64,000 nt of DNA, taken from Podarcis vaucheri. Its lineage: Eukaryota. The notes under the pieces were generated by a model, which had not been told where the DNA came from, made no database searches, and was given only the letters and a program-made list of their open reading frames with translations. The DNA is taken from NCBI GenBank assembly GCA_965113315.1, contig OZ220363.1; one strand, written 5' to 3'. A program made the position numbers and the translations under genes. The number at the start of each line of letters is the position of its first letter. Within the stretch, counting starts at the first letter, position 1. Positions 1 to 10,900 of the stretch are shown piece after piece.

Positions 1-362
1 CCTCTTCTATCAGTGGGTGGAATGCAGTTACTGAAGACATTTTCGATTGCCCAGGTTTTTGGTTCTTAACATATATAGTTCTATGGGTATGATTTATGAC
101 CTATTTTTGGTGCTAATCTTTTAACGAGGTGGAATCCTTTTTATTACTGCTTTTGGAAAAATATCTTAATACATTTTTATGCATATTTATTCTGTGTTTT
201 TAAATGGTTGACAAGTTGTTTGGTATTTTGAAATATTTTGTATATTGTTTTGAGACATTTTTGTAGAAAGTGATGAATCAATGCAATAAATAAAATAAGC
301 AGCCACCAGCCAAGCAGCAGATTTGAGGAGGAAGAGGGAACAAGTGTTTGAGAGACCGTTTT

Positions 363-394
363 TGTGTGTGTGTGTGCGCGCACACACACACACA
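363..394. repeat. Self-complementary (TG)n-CG-(CA)n microsatellite
   Basis: TGTGTGTGTGTGTGCGCGCACACACACACACA forms a palindrome. Confidence 0.8.
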
Positions 395-765
395 TGTGCA
401 TGTAAGAGGTTCTAACAGTATAGCATCTTTACACAAAAGGAAGTCCTACTCAGTGGGGCTTGTTCCCTGTTGCATCCATGCCATACATGGTTTGGAAGTT
501 GTAGATGATGTACTTTAACACAGGCACAGAAATACAAGGTGCTTTTAGTTTTCATTATTTAATCCTACCCTTTCTCTAAGCTCTGGGTAGCTTTGCAAGG
601 TTCTCCTACCCCCTTTATCCTCAAAAGATACTGGTGAAATGAGTTAGCCTGAGTGATTGGTCTGCTGGTGTACTGCTTCTGACAGCAAAATGTTTTGAGC
701 TGGCTTGCTTCCCCAACTACCAGCCCAACTCCCTTGACATGGTGTTTTCTTTTTAAAAAATTCAG

Positions 766-3700
766 TTTCAGGAGCTGCCCGCAGGACCAATGCCACCCCC
801 TACCCCGAAGTTTGCATATGGCTATGTATCCGTACCCCAGGTGAGTGAGAGCTGGAAGCCATTCCCTTACAAGTGCATGTCTTTGGTTGGATGGTGGAGT
901 GACTTTGCTCTCTTGTGGGCACCTTCCTGAACATTCAGTGTGTTTCAGCTGAGGTGCAAGTTGGTAAGGCAGAAAAACAATCTGGGGAGAAGTCTGAAGG
1001 AAGTCAAATGGGAGCTGGTGGAAAGCAGAGGAGCCTCTGTGATGATTGTATATGAGAGACTGCACATGTAAAGATAGGTACAGGGCCTTCTTGGTGGTGG
1101 CACAACAGACTCATTTTTAGATTGTGCTTAAAGTGGTTTTTATTTCTGAAAGCATTTTATGATTGACTCTACAATCTTTATTTGTTTTCTCCTGGTTTTA
1201 GTGTTGCTGTATCCTTAGCTTTGGGGTGATAAGAAAATTAACAATAGCCATTTGGGTGGGTTGGGGGAAGCATACTTGAATAATTGAACAATTTAAAGGC
1301 AATAAATGAACCCATTATCTTTTCTGTAGCGTGTGGCCTTGCTGGATGTTCTTGCCATTCTCTCGCCTTCCTTGCCGTTCTATTCCTCCTATCCTATTAC
1401 CTTTGAAGCTCTGAAGCAGGTAAGAAAGTAGATTAAGAGTCTGGGTCAGCAAAGGCCCATGGCTATTTCTGCTTAAGAGTCCCCAGTGGGATTGCAGTTG
1501 ACACCTCTTGCGGATTCTGTTCTGCATTCCAGGCCCATGGCTTCATGCTCTACCGGACCCTTCTACCACAGGAAATCGTGGAGTCTGCCTTGCTCAGTGC
1601 CTCTGGGAATGGGGTCCATGATCTTGCCTACGTTCTGCTCAATGGAGTAAGGTGGAGAGTGGGAACCTTCCTAGTGGGTAGGGAAGATTATTACTTAGGT
1701 AAACGGAAGGGTATAACAAGTCCTAGGCCCACACTCTGGTTCACTGCATTTTCATAGGATGGGTCAGAGCCTGGAGCACACAGGAGCTTTGCTTCAGCTC
1801 TGTCTTGGAGCACCAGCTAACCTTATTTCTTTCCTGCTTCAGGAGTACCAGGGGACACTGGAAAGAGACAGAGTGAATGGGATCAATATATCGGGCCAGC
1901 TTGGGGACACATTGGACTTGGTGGTGGAGAGCATGGGTCGCATCAACTTTGGGGCCAATGACAGTGACTTTAAGGTGCATTTGAAAAGGGAGCCTGGGGC
2001 TACTACTGCCAGAATAGTTGGCTGAAGGATAACACTTCCACTATTGCCCACTGGAGGCATGCATGGTTGGCATGGACTTAAAGGCTGCTGTTTCATACGC
2101 ATATGGGAATAACTATGGAATTCAAGCTGTAATACTGTACAATCATAATCAGCACATTACTATGGCAACTACAGGAAGAAAAGTCATTAAGTGGTCCACC
2201 AAGGCACTCGGCAATTTTCAAGTGTTCTGTGGGGAACCACTGGACTAGAGTCTAATGAAATAAGTGAGGGCCTTCTCTGCGTTTTGGAATGTTGTATTGT
2301 GCTGCCTTAGGAAATGGGCTACAGTAGAGCTGAAGTGGGGCAGTCCCACTTTTTAGCCGCTGCAAGATCTGATGTGACTTAAGTCAATAATGTGAATAGC
2401 AAAATAGATCTAAGAATGAACACTCAGGGGTGTTGGGGTGCACTGCTGTGCTGGTTATTTGCCAGCTATCTACTCCACCATTTCCTCTTGTGGGTGCTTT
2501 TCTAACCTTATTCTCGACTGCACCTAACCTGCCTCTAACTTATCTTTGTGCCCAGGGTCTGATCCACAATATCACACTGGGTCCCTCCATACTCAGTGAC
2601 TGGATCATCTACCCCCTAGACATAGACACAGCTGTAGCCCATGCATGGCCGCCAACTGCCCAGTCAAGCAGTGGGCACACAGGACCTGCTTTCTATACAG
2701 GAACATTCACAACACCGGGCATCAGCGAGGACTCCTACTTGAAGCTCCCAGGTTGGACCAAGGTACTGCAATCCTCAGATTAACTCCAATTTATTCAATT
2801 ATTAAACTGATACCTGCCAGTATTCAAAACTCCCATTGTTCCTTTTGTGACAGGGAATTTCATTAGTGCAAGCAGTTTCTGCGCTCTGGGCGTAGTACTG
2901 CACCTAAAATTTCAGATTAGAACTGCAGAGTGGAAGGAAAGGGGGACCATTTTCTGCCTCCCCACTTCCAGCTATTCTCTGAAGACTGGCAAAGAGACCC
3001 TCTTAAGAATATTGGGGGCGGGGGGCAGGGGGCTCGGAAGGAGTAGACCATGTTAAAAAATGAACATATTTTAGCTGCAGCTCATTCATTTTAAGCTTTG
3101 TATTCTTGTTATAAAAAAGGGTGCCTAGACATTCCGTTGTTGTACCCATGACCTAAGTTTAAGGTGCCATTTAGCTCCTAGCTTTCATCTCTGTTTCTAA
3201 CACTAATACCCACCCTTCCGCCTATGGCATCATAATGAATAGACCAACCTTCATTGAGACAGCTATGTTCTTTCCCTCAGCTTTTCTGCTGTGTCTAGTT
3301 ATGGGAAAACGGCTCCTGCCACCCAAACAGCTAGTTGCCACTCTTACACATTGATAATCTTAAAACAGTGGCTGGAGAAAGGGTAATAGTATCAAACTAA
3401 TGGTATATTAAATGTTAAGACCATGGAAATAAAGTCAGTCTATGCCCACCTACTCCCTAAGAAATTGTGCTTAAAATCAGTGCAGCGTGTTTTGAAGGAA
3501 ACATGTTTCCCACTGCACCCATCAAGCTGTGTTTGTTTCAAAAGATCTAGGCATAAATCACAGTAGATAAAAGTGGCTGTTGGAACCAAGAAGAGTAGTG
3601 TTTCAGGGTGCTCCAAAAAATGCATTGTTTTATAAAAAAAACCCTCTCACGTTTTCACCCAGGGTCAGGTCTGGATCAATGGTTTCAATCTGGGCCGGTT

Positions 3701-3881
3701 CTGGCCAGTTCGTGGACCGCAGCAAACTCTCTATGTGCCTGGCTCATTCCTCAGTGGCTCAGCCATCAACACTCTCGTCGTTCTTGAACTGCAGAATGCC
3801 CCAGATAATCCCAAAGTGCTTTTTGTTTCCCGCCCCCTTCTCAATGTTACCTACAACTACACCCACAAAGACAGGAAGTGA
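766..3881 (+). CDS. GLB1L: Beta-galactosidase-1-like protein (GH35), last six coding exons; 5' part lies upstream of the window
   Basis: Phase-0 GT-AG exons 766-840 (FQELPAGPMPPPTPKFAYGYV), 1330-1419 (..PITFEALKQ), 1533-1646 (AHGFMLYRT..NGVHDLAYVLLNG), 1843-1974 (..LDLVVESMGRINFGANDSDFK), 2556-2762 (..GPAFYTGTF..LPGWTK), 3663-3881 (GQVWINGFNLGRFWPVRGPQQTLYVP..; TGA 3879-3881). These are typical GLB1-family C-terminal motifs. The position tail-to-tail with ANKZF1 identifies GLB1L rather than GLB1. Confidence 0.93.
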
Positions 3882-4969
3882 GAGGAATTACTGTTCAGCT
3901 ACGAAGTTGCTGAGATCTGCACGTGTTACTCCAAGGGGAAGACTGAAACCATCACAATGTAGGAGGCAAATGAATAGAGGGCACTGTCAGATGAAGGTCC
4001 TGTGCTTTTAAAGAGTAGCCCAGGCAAAAAAACAAAACTAGAAACAGATTGTAAGTATAAAAAACCGTTCAGCGGAGTATCCTTCACAGCTGCTGCTGTA
4101 TAGGGCACATTACCATGGACAGACTCTTGGTGCCTTAATATGGTGTTTTAGGTACTGGACCTTGGATTAAATATTCATACACCTACCACAGTTCTGCATT
4201 GTAGTTTATTCATTCACAATACTTTGAGAGGCTAGGGCAGGGGAAGAGAAAGGTATGGAGAAAGGCAAATAAGAATGGCTCCAGTTGGAAGCTGCCCAAA
4301 CAATGCAATGAAAATAGTGGTGGTGGCCATCCAAGGGGTGGCAGAGATTGATGACATGGCACAATACCCCCAACCTCTATGCAACATTAGAAGGGAGAAA
4401 TTCTCTGCACCACCTTAAAAAGGACATTTGTTGTATCTTGACTCATAAGCCTTCTTCTATAACTTGTTTTGCAGTAACTTTTAGAGACATAGTCAGGACT
4501 AGAGATAGCAGCTGGTCCATGTTACTGTAGCTATTATTTTATTTGAGGAAATAACTGATCAAATAGTTCTTTTCTTGGGGAAAAAATTCTCATGAGGATT
4601 CTGTTAACATTGGTATACTTGGAGCTAGCAAAGAAACCAGTGTCTCACCCTCTTCTCTCCAGTCTCTAAAAGGAACCTGTACTCCTTTCCTCATGGAAAG
4701 CAGTCTTCCAATGCCTCCTCCAACCCCATTTCCCATACATAAAATCCTGCTTCTAGTATAAAATGGAAGAAAAAGACCTTTTAGAGGTGTCATTTCTCAG
4801 CCAGTAAGGTACCAGCTGCCCAGGTTAGCCTCCTCTGGAGTACACAGAAGGAGCTAAAATGTTTTTGCTGCACTTCCTCATCTAAGTGACAGCAGTCATA
4901 GACTAGATTTTTTATTTCCATTCAGATTCTAGGAAGTAATCATTAAGGCCCAAATTTTAAAAACCCTAG

Positions 4970-7900
4970 CTAGGACAGGGCAGCATTTGCTTGTCGATGA
5001 GTTCGCAGACAGTTCGTGGAGCAGAAGGAGAAGTCAAGGTAATGGAAGGGAATGCGGCCCAGTAGCGACTCTCCACATAGCCAACAGCGCCTATAGATAC
5101 CAAAGAGACAGCATGAGCTTGGGATCATTGTAGTTGGAGGTCATGCCAAAAAGGAACACACCACTCACGCACCTTACCTGGTATTGGTAAGAGTTGCACT
5201 GGAGTCTTTTAGTTGGGAAGCAAGTCTCCTCTCAGCTGCCAATGCACGCTAAGAAGCAATACACACATACTATTAGGAATAACATCAAAGAACTGTCCCC
5301 CAGGGTCTATAGGGAGAAGTGTCTTCATCCCATTGTACAAAATCCTATGTAAAACAAGCAGTTCACTTAGGAGGATGTGCAAGGATGTTCCAGAGCTGGG
5401 TCAAACTATAAAAGCAATCTGCTTGTATGTCACATACCAAGTCCAGAGTTAGCCATGTTCCTTTTGTTCAAGGGAGCTTGTGGAAACTAAAAACTAAACA
5501 GATTTCACCAGAGATCTTCCTAACAGGAGGGCGTAAGTATTTTAGTAAAATGCAGCAGAAATGCCCTATGATATTTAAGTCCTTCAGAATAACACACATG
5601 GTTTACAGAGCAGGAACAGACTGGTTCAGCGTAGCAGGTTCCAAATTCCTTTCTCTTTGGCTGTATAGCAAAGACTCAGGAAGTAGGACAGATCTGTGAG
5701 TTATTCTCTATCTCAGGAGGCCTTTCTTAAATATAGGTCATGTCCATGGAAAAGACAGAGATGCCTACCTAGATTCAGGACATATCCCAGCATGACAACA
5801 TTAAGTAGATCTTCAAGATCCTCATTACATTCTAAAACAAAAAACCCATTCTGCTTGTCTTGCACAGATGGGTTCAGAAATGGCAACAAAAACACTCCAA
5901 AGTGGCCGATGTTGCCTGGTTCAGGAAAAACAGTATAATATGTCTTATCAAGTGTCTTTCTCAGGAGATGCTAGAACTAGAAGGATCTCCACACCAACAG
6001 GGATGACCCAATATAACCAACTGTCAGGATAAGGAAAGGAAACAGCAAAATCTTTTCTTTACATGAAATCACAGCTTCTCTCAGACAACATTGGTCAAGC
6101 GAGCTCTTTGTGATCAGCACAGCAGATGATGCCATGTATCATATCAGGAAACTTGTAGCACCAGAAGTGATACCATCATCTGTTAAGTCGCCTTTTCTTC
6201 CTTTTAGTCACCTGAGTCTTAGGCTCTCACCTTCTCACGATCACTCAGCAGGGCAAAGCACCGTTTCTCATCCTCTTCTTGCTCAAGCAGCTGCTGTGCC
6301 TCTCGTTTCTCTTTCTCACGCTGCTTCCGCTGGGCCTTTTGTGCTTGGCGGCGTTCTGCCTGTCTGGCTTCCATTTCTGCCGTCAGGGGTCCAGGCACCT
6401 GCAATTACACAGTAGATGTGGATCCAGCAGAAAAGGGCCCGGGCCCGGCAGCAAGTAGCCAGAAGAGATCCTGAAAGGGGCTCGAGTCTCCCTTTGTTCT
6501 GTGTATGTTGCTGCCCTACTACATCTCTGGATGCAAAATCCCTAGACACCATCAAAATTCATTTCCTTCCCATCTCTGCTCACTCCAATAGCATATTTAG
6601 AGCTGGGAGATTTAAACAAACACACAAAAAAATCCTTCATACACATACCCAAAGGTATCTTCCACTTAAATTAATGCCTGCTTGAGCGAGCATTTGATTA
6701 AGATAAATCCAGGGTGCCTTTTGCACTGAGTGTGAGATTCCAGAGAGATATGCAAAGGATGGGTACGGGTGGCAGGGTCTAAAAGAGCCCCCCACCACAA
6801 ATAGTTAAGTTACGTGGGAATTAGTGGAAGGAAGACAAAAAGGACTCTGGAATTCTTCTTATCAAGCGTTCCCTTCTTAAACTGCAAGCTGTGCAACTCA
6901 AAAACTGTCCAAGGTCAGCAACATACAAGAACAGATAAGGAGTCTTCTGTGGGCAGCTGGCTTGGCCCAGGATTATCAACTTGCACTTGCCTTCTATTTA
7001 TTCACAAGTGTAAGCGTCCACATTAGACACTTTCCAATTCTTCATACATGCATCCAGAGCATTCTACATACATGCATCCACCCACCTGGGCCCGGTCGTA
7101 ATCATATTTCTCAGGCTGTTCACCCCGGAACCTTCGGAATTCATTACGAGTTTGTTTATTGGCAGAAACACAGTATGGAGGCTGTTCCTGTCTGTCCCTG
7201 GGGAGGAAACACAATGTAACTTTAGGTCCCGATCTGTGACCTACACCACAGTTAGGCTGCCATACGTCCAGATTTCCCCAGACATTACTGGGATTTCAAA
7301 GGGGGAATGGACGTCCGGGGGGAATTTCCAGAAGGCAGCGCTTTGTCCTGGATCTTAGGAAAGTCAATCAAAAATTCACTTTTGGGGGGGCTTTTGGGGT
7401 GCTCTGGTTGTTATTTTTGGAAATATGGCAACCCTAACCACTGTAGAAGATGACACTGCTGGGAAATGGAAGCAGCATGTGCCACATCACTTTTGTTGCT
7501 TCTATGACTGGGTACTGGAAGTGAGAGAGAAGCCCAAACCATCCCAGACTATGAACAGATTTGAAATTTGTCCCAGAGAGTGGAATGTCCTCCAGCTTTC
7601 TATGCTTGCATAGGTACTTGGACAAAGTGGCCCTCAAGTGCTCTGGCCCTTTGAGAACAACTAATTCTCAATACCTCTGAAAGACCTGGGCTCAGACTTA
7701 ATGTGTAACTGAGTCAAGGACAGCTGACACTCAAGAGGAGCAGCTTGAATTTCATGGGGTCAGCAGTTTGACTCAGAGCAGAAGTGCAACTCAAGAACCA
7801 AGTCTTAGGACTCTAGGCATCAATATAGTCTTCTCAAGCTGGGCATTACCTAAGGGATGGGTCAGCCCCTATCTCCAACAGCAGCCGCACAACTGTACTC

Positions 7901-10900
7901 CTTCCAGCTGCTGCCGCCACATGCAAAAGGGTCCAGCCACTCTCATCCAGGGGTGAGTTGAGCAATTGCTGCGGGGTGATACCATTGCAGTCATCTGCTT
8001 TATCTGCTGTGCTATTATCTCTCCCCAGAAGATGCTGTAGTGCCTTCAGGTCTCCCATCTTACAAGCTGTGAACAAGGCATCTTGTAACGATGTGCTAAG
8101 ACCTAGAGGAAGGAAGGAAGGAAGAGTCTCACAATGAAATATCCATGAAATATCCATGTTACCTATAAGGGTAAACAGAATGTCAAGTCTTGGATCTGCC
8201 ACTCCCTTAACCAGCACAGGCTTCCAACCTACAATAATGGCCCAAATGGCAAGTTGTTATAGAACCCCTTATTATAAAACGGAGTGGGGAAGTGCAGATC
8301 TTGCTGATGCTCACACAACCACCCCCAAACTCACCATCATATTTCAGACAATTCTGGGTCTTGGGTGACTCTGTTCTGGGCAACAAAGCCTTGGGCTCTT
8401 TCACACCTCCTGAAGTCTCAGTGGAGGACTCTGCTTCAAAAGAAAGAACATGCAAGGTGTTGTTTCCTCTCCAGTTCATTTTAGTCTATCAGTACCATTC
8501 TGATCCCCGTAACTTTGTCTGGAATGACCCAGAAATGCATGAATGATGGATTCAGGTGAACTAACCAGCATGCAGGACCCATGTTCTAAAAGCCCACCCC
8601 TCTCTCCCAACTTGCTCCAAGTGTCACTAACATCATGGCTAATAGGATGCAGCATGAGGAGAGCAGTCCCAGAGAACCATCAGTTTTGTGATGCTGATAC
8701 TGTTCCACACAAACAGAAAGACAGGAGAACTGCGGTTCCCTTTTTCTGCTTGGGAACAGCTGATCATCAACGGCACTGCTCTGACTCCAAAGCTGCTGCA
8801 GCAGCAGCTTCTGCTTTTCACCTTAAGACTAGAGATGGATGCAGTCCAACCTATAACATTGAGATGATGCAGATTCAGAAGGGGTAATTTAGAAGGGTGG
8901 TTTAAGACAGCCTTCATTTGCGCTCTCTTAAATCTTTGGAACCATCTCAGCTGACACTGACTTCTCTGGGTCTGCGGTGGCTCCTCTTCAGCCACACAAG
9001 TCATTCCATAAAAGGCAGGTAGTATAATGAAATCCAGCACACCTATCAGATTTCACTTTAAAGCCCCAGTCCTCATGAGTAAAGAAAGCAGAACAAAGAT
9101 GTGAAAGCACTGCCTCCCAGAAAGTAGAAGAGGGTGGACTCTCTTGCGGCAAGTACAAAACTGATTTCCCCATAATGCAATGTCCCCTCCACCCCGCCTC
9201 TGTCTACAGGAATCCTATGTGTTCTATTTTATCATGTTGGTTGCCATTCTTCTATTGCACATTTTTAACCTAGAACAGATTACCTAACAGAGACAGCGGT
9301 GCTTTGATCAGGTAAGATGTTGCCATTTCTGCAAATGCTGAATGCAGTTTGTCCCAGGGGTTTGCTTTAATGGAATATCCAATGCTTGCACAACTTTCTT
9401 CCCAAACGGACTGTATTTCAGTTTCTGGGTTGTAGCTTCTGACTTTCTGTGAACTAAGATCCCTCTAGATTATGGCCCAGGGCCCATCATGGCTTTCTTA
9501 TCCTGGGAGCCTGCATCTTGATAGGAAGCAGCTGCCAAGGACACCAAACTGTGGGGCTCTGGTCGGTGTCTCTCAAGGCAGGCAAATAATTTAGCCATTC
9601 TAGAAAGAGAATGTACCCACTATCTGTACCTAATAATAGGTCCATTACCTCAGCCACCTACCCATCAGTGTTTTTTGTTTCTTCCTTCTCTTCTTGCGAT
9701 TTAATTTTGGTTCCACTTCAAATTCTCGGAGTTCCAGTGTACTCAGTGTCTGCTCTACCAACTCCAGCTGCTGTAGACTTTTCTCTTCCTCCTCCTTCTC
9801 CTCCTCTGGCTTTGCTGCAGAGACTGTAAGAAAACGGGATCGCGGTTAAGCCTTTCCTTCTCAGCTTCTGATGAACAAAGTAGGGATCATTCAATGAACT
9901 TGAGGATTGGGGTATGGAAGGTGATCCAAATCAGCCTATCAGTCCTCCGTCAGCTGAACTGCAGCCACTGTTAGATCACATCCTACACATTAGCAGCCAC
10001 CATCGTGATTTCAGCATTTTCCTGCCTGCAGCCCTCTTTCAGGGCTCTCCATAAAGCCATTTCCCAGTGGAGGCAGAATCCCCTGCTTTACTGCTTTTAG
10101 CAGCCCATAGTGGTCTTTCCACCCAATAGCCTAGATAATTATGATGGTAAAAAGTGAACATAGCATCTGCAGTGGATGATGGATTGCTACAAGGGCAAGG
10201 ATGGCAAGGCTCTCCAACTCACTAGTGTCTTGACTCTGTGAAGATGCTTCATCCAAAGGAAGGACCTTTTTCCAGCTCTTCCGAGGGGAGGAAATCAAAT
10301 CTGCCACTGCTGTGTCTTTGCCTGTCAAAAGAATCAGAATGGTGTTTTCTAGGATGGAAATCCTCTTGGTTTCATACCCTCCACTCCCACTCCTAAGGGC
10401 AGATTTCTAGATAGACAATTCCAGCAAGAGCAAAAGAGCTAAAAGAAAGAAACAAGGTCAGACTAGAGATATGGGAGGGAAATGACACACACACTCCAAT
10501 ACTCCACCCCATCCCTGGGCCTCCACATCTCTAGGCGAGAACCAAGATTATAGTCAGAAACAGTATACACAAAGACTTTGGGGCATTATTTCAAGTACTT
10601 GGGTACTAAAAGCTGTGCTCACCATACACTTGCAGACTGCTCAGAACCCCATGCACCCGCTGCACCTCGTGGAAGGTGGCTCTCCGGGTGCTGAAAGGAA
10701 TGCCCCGGATACGGGGATCATCTCGCTGAAGAGGGCTATTTTTGCTGCCAAAAAACCGAGCTCGGTTGGTGCGAGGGGCACGAAGGAAGATACACTCTGC
10801 TCCTTGCAAATGCCCTGTCCAGCTGGCCAACAACTCCTGAATATCCTGCAGGAAAAGACAAGTATAACAGGTAGGCCCATCGTTGTTGCCTTTAGTGCAG

